Positions 35,411-47,314 of a stretch of 64,000 nt of DNA are shown here, in pieces (the stretch's first letter is position 1; each line of letters opens with the position of its first letter). Origin of the DNA: Bilabrum cf. latius (taxonomy: Eukaryota); NCBI GenBank assembly GCA_965178125.1, contig OZ237749.1, forward strand, positions 868,001 to 932,000, written 5' to 3'. Below the pieces are notes generated by a model. It was not told the origin of the DNA. It was given only the letters and a program-made list of their open reading frames with translations, and did not search any database. A program made the position numbers and the translations under genes.

Positions 35411-38400
35411 TTATTGGTTCGCGCTACCTGGCAATGAAGGTCCCGCATCGATATCCAGCACTTGAGCCTTGCCTCTCATCACTTCGCGTTTGACTGCACC
35501 AGCGACATCCAATGCTTCTCCCGTCGGCAGCATGGTCTATCCTTCTGTCAGTCCTACCTTGCCCATGGGTTTCCCCTCCGCATCCGTGGGCCCCACCACC
35601 GTCTGCACGGCAACCGCGTCACCTCGAGATAGAGGCTTTTCTCCCATCCCTTGCACATCAGTGCTCCGGAAGGCGCTCCCCTCGGGGGCAGGTATCCTCC
35701 CTGAAACGGACTGTCCAGCCAGCTCCCGCACTCGCTTAGCGCTCGCAACTTGCGACAACGCCCCGGCCACGGCATTTGTCACGCTGCCCGGCGCCGCCCC
35801 TGTCTCAATGGCGCCCACGCCGCTCGCGAGCCGTGCCGCCCTCGCCTCCGCCTCCTCCTGCGCGTTGGACGCCGAATGACTGTACGCAAGCGTGGTACCA
35901 GGACTATCATTTTTGCTGGGGAGCAGCTTCAACCCGCCCAGCATCGCGTTTTTCCTCTTGTTGCGCTGCCTCGCCGCTGCTGCCTCGGCCTTGTCCTCTC
36001 CATTGTCCTCGCCATTGTCCTCTTCCCCACCACCACCCTGCCGCACAATATCATGCACGATCTTTTCCTTTGCCTGCCTCAGCTCTTTCCTCTTTCTCTT
36101 CACCAGCTGGATCAGCCGGACCTGCTGCTGAGCAGCGGCCGTCTCGAGGATCTGAGCCACTCCGCGGTGCTCCTTGCTCGCCTTGAGCGAGTAACTCGGA
36201 GCCGATCTCTGCGCGATGAACTCCCACGTCCGCATGCGATCGCCGAACTTCTTGAGCTTGGTCCCGCTCCTGCACATGGAGGTGAACACCTTGACTCGCT
36301 TGTAGGCCAAGGGGTGCCGCTCCGGATGGGGAACGTACCTCCACCCCTCTCTGTGCAGATCAGGGGCCATCACGGGGGCCTTGTCCCCGGACTTTGGCAG
36401 GGGCTCCAGCCTCTGAAAGTCGGCTGTGAGGGGCGGGTTGAGGTTCTCGCGGTACGCGCTGCGCGCGGCGTCGAGGCCGCACAGCCTGCCGCACATGGCA
36501 ACGCGAGCCAGCAGGCCAAGGACCCTACGGGCCACCAGCATCCAGACCAGGTAGGTCACAGACAGGGCGATCGCCACGAGGATCGGCACGGCACCTGTCC
36601 GGCCGAGCCGCAGCCCTATCTGCATCCCGTCCCCAAAATCGAGGTCCTCCGTCCGCTCTCCTAGCGCACCGGCCCCACTCGATAGCAGAGCAGACGAGGC
36701 GCTGTCCCCAGCGGCAGCAGTGCTGTTCCTTGAATCGTTTGCGGGCCCGCTGCTAGCTGTAGCAGAGCACGTGGCAGGGATAGTGGGTGCCGCCGTCATG
36801 GACATGGACGGCATGAAGTAGTCGTCAGAGAAGCTCCACCACGCGAAGGCCAGGTGCAGCAGGAAGAGAGCGGGCATGATCCCTGCCGCGAACTGCGCGG
36901 ATTGTGCCCCAACCCGCTCCGGCTTCTTGTAGACGCGCAGCAAGAGGGCCATATCCACCCAGTAGGTCACTGCGAACGACAAGGCCGCCACGGGAAACAG
37001 GATGGGGTAGCCGGCGCTGAACATGAGGGTCACCGCGAGGTTGACCAGGGCGATGGCGTACCTGTCTTCAAGGTTGAATTCGGAGGGCTACACTGCCTCC
37101 TCCAGCTCTGCCTGAGACGCTGCAGTGCGCTCATTCCAGCAGCGATACACGCCCGCCACCAAGAACTCGTCGATGACAGTCATCAGGTGTGGCATGACAA
37201 TGTTGAACAGCTGGATGGCAACCACGCCGACCCCCACTCTCGCATGCCACCCATCATCCAGCGAGTCATAGTCCCCCTGGAACACACCCAGAAAGGCAGG
37301 CACGTAGTCCGACAGCACGGGCACCCTCGCGTTGATGGCCACCAGCACCACCGCGGAGTTTATGAACTGCGACACGAAGAGCTTTTGCATGAGAGAAGAC
37401 ATCAACAGCGACCTGCTCAGGTGCAGCTCCATGGCGGTCACGCGGTGCAGCACGGCCCGCAGCAACATGTTCATGAGAGTCGTGACGAAGCCAGCCAGGA
37501 TCATCAAACCAGAGGCGCTCATGTATCCTGCCACCAGGGCCTGGCACAACTTGCCGCTGTCACTATCAGACAGCACAGCAGCGGCTCCAGCCACGGGACC
37601 CTTTTCAGTGACTCGCCTGGTTAGCTCCTGCTGACAATAGCAGTCGACGAGAAGCGATGGAGGGTACGTTGTCGCGCGGTCCATGACAATGGCGGCGGCC
37701 GACAGCTCGGGCGACTGGCCAACTTCGTCCAGCTCCTGCAGCCCGAGGGTGGGGCACTCAACCTCATCCTCGTTCTCGTCCTAGCCACCAATGATCTGGC
37801 CTCCAACTGATCCAAATAGCCCGGCATTCCCCGGATCCACGCACGGACCCGCGCACCGGTCCACGAATACCAGCCCACCAACCGATGCAACGACCTGCAT
37901 CAAAGAACGGGGGTCACTGGCTTGCCGCATCCTCTCCGCCTGCACGTTGAGCTCCTGCCCAGCGCCAGCGGGCACCACTTCGTATTGCAGAAAGTATTTA
38001 CCAGTGCCACCAAATTCAAACGGATCCTCGCTTGAACTGGTCTGTGTGGTCCCAATGGACACGTTGGTGGCACCCAGTACAGCCGCCGGAGACCTGTCTG
38101 ATCTGCAGACGGACTGCTCAAGGTTTCGCTTCCGGACAAGAGTGGGCATCCCCGCGCTAGCGTTTCCAAAGCTAGGATCCACGAGTCGTGTACCGGCAGC
38201 CGAGCTTGGAATCTCGTTTGCGCACAGCCATGCGGACTTAAAGCTCGCATCCACGGAGCCAGCGGCCGTCTCAGCTGCTGCAAAGACAAGCAGGCAAAAC
38301 AGCAGAAACAGGGCAAGGATGCCGCAGACGAGGCACCTTCTCAGTCTCAAACTGCACTCTGACACGCCGAGGTTTGCTAGCACGAGATCTTCTGGTGCTG

Positions 38401-40293
38401 GGCTTGGCTCTACCTTGAGGGCAACAGGCTCGGTCCTGTGGCGGCGTTTCTTGGCGGGAGCAGCATCTGATCCTCCACTGCTGCTCTCGTTGATTCCACT
38501 GCCACGAGCGGCATCAGTCCCATCCGTGTTGTTTCCATTGTCCAATGCCCATCCGAGCCGCAGCCTAGCCGGCTGCGTCATCCTACCTGGGGCCCACGTA
38601 GAGTCGCCAAAGTCCTCGACGCACCGCCTCCACGATTCCTCGCAGTTAAAGGTCACGAAGGCCATCGATGCATCCCCGCTGGCAGCCTCGGCCAGGTGTA
38701 TTTTGAGCTCCTTGACGCGGGCCATTCGCTCGTCAGCAACCTGGGTCCATGTCGCGTGGAGGTCTGGGTCTCTCCACGGCGACACTGGCGAGTACTTGCC
38801 CTGCAGCAGAGTGGCTGCCGTCACCTCTTTCATGGCCTGTTCGATGCCGTCGTGCAGGTCCACTGCGCGCGAGAGGTCGCACAGCAGCTGCACGTCGGCA
38901 ACCCACGAGTCCTTGTAGCCGTGCTTGCGGTTGTGCCTCCCACTCCTCGTTGGAATCGATCGGTTGGCGCCACCCCTGGCGTTGACCCGAGGGTACCCGT
39001 TCCCGTCGAATGGGTCAGGCATGAGCTTCGGGCGGCGGGTCCACTTGGTGCAAGAGGTCCAGTCATCGGCGGTGAGATTATACAGGCTAGAAAAGTGATC
39101 TCGCACCTCTTCTTCCGTCGCATCTGGCGGAAGGCACCTCACGAGCACCGTGTACTGCGCGAGCGTCAGCTGGCTGTCGGCGCCGCCGAGGCTCACCTAC
39201 CTGACGAGCGACCGAAAGTACCCTGCCGCCACCAGGAACACCACGGCTGCAGCCACGTCCAGCAGAGCAAGGCCCAGAGTTAGGGTCTGGAACTCGAAGG
39301 GAGCATCTATGCCCAGGATCGTGACGGGTGTCTGGGCTCTCGCAAGAGAGTTGCAGCCGTCGCTGGTCGCATCCAGTGCGGGCTTGTTGGATCCCAGCGA
39401 CCTCGGACCGCTATTCGATAGTGCGGTGCGGGCGATGAGGAGCGCATCAAGCCATTCAGGAGAAGTTCTATCGCCAACAACAGCAAAGAAGAGGGTTGGA
39501 GCGGACACAAGGGACAGGATGGCGAATGTGAAGGCCATGTATTTCTGCGGGAAAGGGTTGGCGTGATTGCGTAGTTGCCTCTGCTGCGGCGGGGTGTGTG
39601 GCTACTCAAGAGGTGCCATATACATTCTCTTGGACTCACCAGAAAAGAAAAGTATAGCTGAACCCCAGGACCTAGTTTTTCGGTCTAGTCAACATTGGAG
39701 CAGCAGATAGGCGCCGTGCCGTGGCTGAACACGCTGGACTGCTGCTTGAGCCGAGCAACGGCCGGATTCGGCGGTAACCAGGGAAGATCAAGCATAGTAG
39801 TGACTTTCTCGCTGGCTATAGAGCTATCTGGCGCGTTCTTAGACTAGTTTGCTGGCTTCCCCACGGGCATCATGCCTCTGGTTCGTCGCTTCTGCACGCC
39901 ACCAGTGCCTGAGCGTTCTGCGGCCTTGGCAAACCGCAAGCCATCAGCATGCATCCTTGCCACATTTCTGCGAATACTTAGTGCATCCGTGCTTTGAGAC
40001 TGCGCTCGCTTCTCTATTTTCTGCTCCAGAGATAGTCCTTCATCATCCGAAACACCCCCGCCAAGCCGTCGGACTTCTTCGAGCGCCCTCTCTCGCATGC
40101 GCTCTTCCATTTCAAGCCCAGCAATTTCCTTCCCTGATAATGAAGTTGTATCCTGCAGCATTTGCGCGATGGTTCCATCTGCCACAGCTTCATCGTATTC
40201 CGAGAGGTGAGGTACCACTCGTTGGTAATGCTAGATATTGTCTTGCGCTGTTCCAACGGTAAGCTTCCGGTTGGTACCCGTTCTTGAACTCAT
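35411..40293 (-). CDS. OSCA/TMEM63 (CSC1-like) mechano-/osmosensitive cation channel
   Basis: LGPGVQLYFSFL|KYMAF, QYTVLVRCLP, AFVTFN, PAPEDL..NL, KLFVSQFINS, FSAGYPILFPVAALSFAVTYWVD. Intron 39545..39639; several internal TAG; first non-TAG stop is TAA 35411-35413. Confidence 0.85.
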
Positions 40294-40508
40294 GATTGGA
40301 TTACTTTATCATTGCTTCGTATGGTCGTATTGCAACATGCCTGTGGTCAGAGCGTATGAGCGAGGCGAGCGCTGCAACGGAACGAGAGAGAGAGAGAGAG
40401 AAAATAGAGTTGGAACGCTCGTGAAGCATCCGGCGCTGGCACTTCCGGCTTGAATCCACGGGGCCCCAGGCGCTTCCCCCCCTTCACTTGCCTTCCCAAC
40501 GACACTTA

Positions 40509-43307
40509 ATGCTTATCATCATACTATTGTTATGTGCACTTGCAGTAGCGTGGGCTGGAAGTGGCCAGGGTAGCCCAAAGTTGCAGTGGTTCCTGGTTCA
40601 AGCCTTGCGGCGCGGCGATCGAGGCGCTGCTCAACAAGCAATTCGAGCCGGTGCAAGAATGGAGCAGACCAACGATTTTGACGGGCGGGCTCCTTTGAGC
40701 TCACTGCTGCTGGGCTGGCAAAGCTAGCTCGAAGACTTTCCTTGCTCCCGCTGTGTTGACAGCTTCACTCGTTTTGAGAAATTGTTGGACAGCGTGACAA
40801 GTGGGGTACCTCAGCAACGTCGCAACAAAAGAAATCGAAGACGTCTGGCCAGAAGACGATCGCCTGGTTCACAGCGTGATCTACCTGAGGCGCTTAAGTC
40901 TCGTGTAGCTGCAGTGGGCTGCCCGGTCCAGGATGCAGCGCAGCTTAGGCTGATAAATGCAACCTCTTTGCTTCTCCGAAGGTCATCAGCTCGATTTATT
41001 CGTGGTTGTGCCGCGGAAATCGATGCGTACGGGCAGAATTTGCTCCATGTGCTTGCTGGCTCGCGCGCACAAGGCTTCAGTCGAATTGCCCTGAAGGTCC
41101 GAGCAAATTTGCGCTCCGACGTTGCGGCAGCCAATGCCCCAAGCCTAGCTTACATGTCAGCACTTATGGGAATCGACTTTGCTAAAACGTTTGCCGGACA
41201 TGCAGATGACATATAGGGCAAGTATGCTGACCTGAACTAGCCTTGGGCCCCCCTGTGGCGGTGGAAATTGGAGCATGCGGTGGAAGAACATGCCATCAAT
41301 GGTGTGATTGCGCCAATAGCACTTGCACTGCGTCGAAAACGCGCCTCGAAAGGTTTGCTGAGTGATACCCCTCCCACGGATTCGCTCTCTTTCTCAGAGA
41401 GCTCAGTGGCCGCTTCTCTGAGTGACGAACTGCTTCTAGCACGGGATGCCCACGGGAGGACACCTATGGGTGTGGCCTGCAGGGAGGGCGGACTGCCGAC
41501 CGCGCGTCTGCTGCTCAAGCGCGGTGGAATGCGGCATGTTGGAGAGCCAGCAGACGAGTCCACTGGGCAGACTTGCCTACATCTCGCCGCTGGGGCAGGC
41601 TGGGCGGATATCGTGGATCACGTGCTCGTACGAGCGAAAACCGTCGAGAGAAATGGTAGTATAGGGCCTCTTCCACGGCTATTAGGAGCGCGAGATATGT
41701 TTGGCCGCACTCCTTGCGATGTTGCGTCCGACGGCTTCTCTGGAAGTGCCATGGAGCAGCGGCTTTGCGGCGGCAGGGCAGGATCAGGAGATGGGCCAGT
41801 CCGTAAATCAGCATCAGCAAGCGTAGAGAGAATGCTGGCTCATATTTCGGGACAACAGACTCAGTCTGCCGTCGGTTTCGCGAAAGTAAGCTTGCACGCT
41901 CGGCTGGGACGGCCTCTAGCCGCAAACGAAGTACTAGCTCTCGATCGCTTGCTATGTAGCAATAAGGCCAACAGTGCTAGCATCGTTGGTGCAACAGAAA
42001 CTGGATGGTCCCTATGCACACAGTACCAGAGCTCTGTACGCCAAGCCGTGGCGCGGGCCATTGCGAAGGCAGACCGTGTCAATGCGGTGCGTTCATCCAA
42101 TGGTAGCCCGCACTTCGTGCCAGCTGCCCCGTTGGTCATCAGCGCCGTTGACACATGCAGCGCCGAGCTGGCCGAGTAGGACGAACACATTGAAAAGTGC
42201 TCTGAGCAACAACGCGCAGCCATCAGCTGGGAGGTGCTGCTGGCAGCCAGCAGTCGAGCCCGGGCGGCCATGCGGCCAGTGCTGGTGTCCATTGAGCCAA
42301 GCACGGCCCAGGAGCAGGTCCTGGAGCACGCACCCAAGCAAGCGAGCACTCGCACACGCGATCTAGCCAATGCGTTGTTGCTGGGCCGGTGCGCCGCACA
42401 GGAGGTCGATTCAGCTGCAGGGCAGGCGTGCAGTGGCTGGGTGTCCTCTGGCGAACGAGAGGCTTGCTTGAGCTGGCGCGAGCTGTGCGAGACGGTGAGG
42501 CCGGGAGGACTGGAAGAACGCTTCGGGAGCGCGACCGTTCAGCCGGGCGCACTCCCACACGGAGACGTGTATGGAGCTGGTGCCTCTGGCGCGGATCCGT
42601 TCCCGCTCGTGACAGAAGGCAGGCTTGCCATGGGACTGGCTGCAGTTGCCAACTGGACCGAGGCGGTTGCCAGCAGTAAACCGTCGCCCAGCTATGTTCC
42701 ACGCGTGCAACCACCGCATAGATAGAGTCTTCGGTCATTCGTTGATAGTTGGGCCCGTGGTCCTGCATCGGGCACAGCAGCAGGGCAGCAAGCGCCGGAA
42801 TCAGGCCAACCGGCTGATGCTGCCAGTGGTGCCGAAGCTGACCCGTTGCAGCCCCCTAAGTACGTGTTCGATGGCCGAAGTCTAGTGGCAGACCCTATTT
42901 TGAAGGGTTTTCCTCACCACGCGATGCATGCGAGCAATGCCACGGTGAAGCAGATAGCGATCGGGCCCACTGGATCCGGCGCCATGCCGCACTACCACGG
43001 GAGGGCGACGAACGCAGTGGCCGTTGGGTGCAAGCTGTGGTTCGTGTGGCCCCCATGCTCGGCATTTTTTGTGGAGGTGGATGCTCTGACCTGGCTGCAG
43101 AGAGGCATGCCCTCAATGCAGACCGCCACTGCATGCGATGCCGATGCCAGCGCATTGGACGCTGGAGAGGAGCATCTCGCCGGATCGGTGCCCGTCTACC
43201 GCTTCATGCAGTGCGCCGGAGAGGTGGCGGTCGTTCCAGAGGGCTTTGGGCATGCAGTGATCAACCTGACGCCGAGCGTGGCGGTGGCATGGGAGGAGCC
43301 AGCGTAA
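40509..43307 (+). CDS. Signal-peptide protein with ankyrin repeats and a C-terminal JmjC/cupin domain (JMJD8-like)
   Basis: N-terminal MLIIILLLCALAVAWA. Ankyrin motifs GRTPMGVAC, GQTCLHLAA, DMFGRTP. JmjC motif IGPTGSGAMPHYH..KLWFVWPP..GEVAVVPEGFGHAVINL. Five fragments in one frame split by TAG; ends at TAA. Confidence 0.8.
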
Positions 43308-43742
43308 GTGCCAAGGCTCCGTGGCAAACGCTGCCGTGCTTTGCGGTAAGGATCCATCATCAAATCTGAATTGTGGAGCTTGGCGTGTGCAGAAAATAAG
43401 TCATTATATTTGTGTTTTTTGTCGTCGCAAGACAACACCCAAGACCACCACACCAGCACGGCCTGACCGGGTCGTTTGCGACCAAGCCACCCATCCTCCA
43501 CCGCACCAATAATGATCTCACAGGATCAAAAGAAGAATTTGTGGCACCGTCCAAGCGGTGCAGCCGCAGCCACGCGTTCTACCCGCTCTTGGATCAAGTA
43601 CCCTTCAAGGTACAGCCCCTAGGACCGAAAATTCAAGCGATACTTCCAGGGCCACAGACCGAGCCAAGCTTTTGCACTGCCATGAGCATTCTGACTTCAT
43701 CGCAGCCTTATAAGCCGGCCCAACGATGCACCCATAGTTCGC

Positions 43743-46206
43743 TTACCTTCGGAAGCCGCCGCCGCCGCGGCCACGGAACCCGCCGCCCCGTCCTCCCCCG
43801 AAGGACCTTCCCCTGCCTCCGCCGCGACCGCCTCCCCCGCGCCACCCGCCGCCGCCACCACGGCCACCGCCGCCACCACGGCCGCCTCCACCGGCATCGG
43901 GCCTAGCCTGAAGCTCAGGAAGCTTCTTGGGGATGGACAGCCTGGTTCGGTTGTCCTCCATGGCCGCCTTGAAGGCGTCCACGTGCTGCGCGGGCACGTC
44001 AAACACCGCGGCTGTCGAGTCCTTGGTGATTGTGATGCCGCGCACCTGGTTGGAGACGTCCATGGGCACCTCGTTGTTGAGCAGAGCAAACACCCCGCCT
44101 GCGCCCCTTAGTTCGTACGGCGCCGAGATCATGAAGGCCAGGAAGCCCTCCTGCGCGGAGAGCAGAGAGCGGGGGGCCTGCTTCTCCGTGAAGCCACCGA
44201 TCACCGCAAGCGCCGAGGCCATGGCCTTGACCGGGTCGTTGGTCTCGAGGTACTCGGCGGCCTGCTCCTCGAACACGCCCAGCATATCTCCGTGAACGCC
44301 CTCGAGTGCCTGCACCGCATGCTTGGCTGCCGACCGCACCATGTCTGCCATCTGGGGCACGCCCACTCGCTGGAACTCGATGCCGACCTTGTGCTCGATG
44401 GCCTTGATCAGGTGCGCCTGCTGCCGCTTGTACAGCGTGATGCACACGCCCTTGCGCCCCGCGCGGCCAGTCCGGCCCGATCGGTGCACGTACGTGTCGG
44501 TGTCCGCGCGCCCGCTGAAGTTGAGCTCCGGGGGCTGCACGTTCACCACTAGGTCCACACCGCGGATGTCCAGGCCGCGGGCGGCCACGTCGGTGGCCAC
44601 CAGGCACCTGACCCTTCCCGACCTGAAGTTCTGGAGGGTGACCTCGCGCTGGGCCTGGGGGATGTCACCGTGCAGCGCCTTGCAGACGGTCTTCATGGAC
44701 TTGTCCTGGATGAGGTCGTTGCAGTCGCGCTTGGTCTGGCAGAAGATGATGGTGCCGCCCTTGGGCCCCGCGTGCACCTTGATGAGGTCACTGCAGGTGC
44801 TGCCGCGGGCCTGGTAGGGGCACTCGAGGCACAGGTGCTTCACGTCCTTGGAGGCCTGCTGCTCGCTGTCGCCCACAAGGTCCACCGAGAGCGGGTCGTC
44901 CATGTACCGCTGGGCCACGCTCATGACCCAGTCGGGCACGGTGGCAGAGAACAAAAGGATCTGCACCTTCTTGCCCACGAACGCAGCGGCGGCGGAAGTG
45001 GAGGAGGACGAGGAGGCCTTCATGGAGGCCGCTGCCTGTTCCCCGAACTTCATGACCTTGGAGGACTGCGGGGGGGGCTTGGCCTCCCTGCCCTTGAGAG
45101 AGGGCATGTGCGCCAGGATGAACTCGATGTCGGGCTAGAAACCCATGTCCAGCATCTGGTCGGCCTCGTCGAGGATGAGGTGCTCGCACATGGTCACGTC
45201 CAGGGACCCCTGTTCCATGAGGTCCTTGACGCGGCCCGTCGTGCCGACGATCACGTCCACGCCCGAGCGGAGCTTGGACTTCTGGGGGCCGATGGCGGTG
45301 CCGCCGTACACGGTGAGGGTCTCGATCCCCGGGGCGCTCGTGTCAAAGTCCACTGCCACCTGCTTGGCGAGCTCGCGGGTGGGCGCCAGGCAGATGACGC
45401 GAGGCTTCCTGCCGTACGCGGGGCGGCGGGCCTTGTCTGCCGCCAGCAGCGTCTCGATCACCGGCAGCGCGAAAGCAAGGGTCTTTCCCATACCAGTCCG
45501 TGCGCGTCCAATCATGTCGCGGCCTTTTCGGATGTCTGTGTAGGTCATGGCCTGGATAGGAAACAAGGTCACGATGCCGCGCTTGGCAAGGGCAGCCTTG
45601 GTGGGCGCGCTGCGAAAATAGATGAGAGGGGAATGAGAATAATTTTAAAAATGGTAACTCTACTCGTTTCGTTCTCATCTGCTGGCCGAAAGTGACTTTC
45701 TAGCTGAAGGAACACCGGCGAGGTACTTCAGCACGACGGTTCACTTCCAATGGCGGAAGGCGACCAGGACCGCCCACTGCACGATTTAAGTGAATTCACG
45801 CTGCGGAGCGATTCTGTACTAACCTAATATCAAACTTGTCGACGGAGACATTGCCTGGCACCACTGGCTTGCCATCGTCCTTCGAGGCACTCGACTTTCC
45901 GTTTTCAGAAACTCGGGCCTTCTTCGCACTTCTTTCGTCTTTGGACGGGCTTCTAACGAATGACGACGATCCATTTTGACTGAATGTTGTGCTAGAAGGG
46001 GCGGACGATCCAGCGCCAGACGCAGCTGCAGAAGCATCGGAACCGGCATCGGAACCGGAGTCCTCCAGTTCGTTGCGCTTGCGCTTCTTGCCAGACGACG
46101 AAGACTTGCTCTCGCGCTTGCTTGACTTGGACTTCTTCTCCTTCTTTTCTTTCTTTTCCTTCTTGAGGGCTCGCTTCAACTCTTTCTCTGCAGCAGTCGA
46201 CGGCAT
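43743..46206 (-). CDS. DDX21: DEAD-box RNA helicase of the DDX21/DDX50 type, with GUCT-like domain and RGG tail
   Basis: LFPIQ, ARTGMGKT, PTRELA, DEAD, SAT, HGDIPQ, ARGLD, HRSGRTGRAG, RSLL...AVFDVP, RGG tail; Lys-rich N-terminus. Intron 45610..45823; TAG at 45135 (LDMGF*PDI). Confidence 0.92.
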
Positions 46207-46412
46207 GGTTACAGAATGTCGAAACCTGTTCCTCCGGCAAGAACACTTGTTAGTATGACGAGTGTGATCCGATCCAAAGAATCCAACTGCAACTCGTGGA
46301 ATAATACGAAGTTTCTAACAATACTATCCATGAAATAACAACACAAATACTAAGAAACAATCAAAAGTGGTATTACGCAATCCTGAGGCAAATTACGCTC
46401 GATGAGCTTGCC

Positions 46413-47283
46413 TCAGGCCGAAGACTCAGTCGTTTCCGGCTCCAGTCCACTGGAGGACCTGCTGTCGTCCTCGTCGCTCGAGGGAACAAGCCGCCGAGCT
46501 GCCGACCGCACCGCGTCTATCTCATTGGACCCCAGTCCCATACCCCTGTACCGCCTCTCCCTTGCGCCCTCATCCTCATCCTCATCCGCACCCTCACTCG
46601 CCCTCCCGCCCTACACGCCGTAGTCACCACTGATGGCATGACTATCATCATGACTATCATCATACTCCCTGTCAACCCCACTGACCGCGTCCGCCCCAGA
46701 CCTTCTCTCCGAAGAAGCCAGCGAGGAACCCGGGGACGGCAAGGCAGAAGTGCCCGCGCTCCGAGGGTGTCTGCTGCCCCCAATGCCGACCCCTCCGTCG
46801 CTGCGAAGGCTCTCCCGGGACGATGGACGGTCAGACCCTGGCCCGCCGCTTCCGTCCCCGACATATCCCGTCTCTTTATCGTCCCCAGTGCGACCCCCTC
46901 CCAGTTCCTGCTGTTCCGTCACAACAGCCTGGCCCCCACCCAGCGCCCTAACCGTTACCGTGAACCGCTCCACACCACCCTCCTCATCCTCCTCCTCCTC
47001 ATCAACACGGCCGCCGCCGGTTCGAGTCGGTGCCCCTGCCGCATCTCTCCCTCCGTCCTCCACCCCGCCCAACCCGCGCAGCTTCAGACGGATCCTCGTC
47101 GTGTCTCTGTCCCCGTCGTTGCCACCTTCCAAGGATGCGCCGCCCCGAGGTGAATCGCCCTCTGCGACCTCATGCAGAGAACCACCATCCACACGATCCA
47201 GTGCCTCGCGAGCGACTCGTGCATCCTGGTACACAGCTGCCGCCCCCGATGCTCCGCCATCCACACCCTGTCTGTCGGCACCA

Positions 47284-47314
<31 letters not shown>

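Noticed and set aside
40384-40401. (GA)n tract between the OSCA and ankyrin-JmjC starts
   Set aside because: A short ordinary microsatellite; no evidence for a function.
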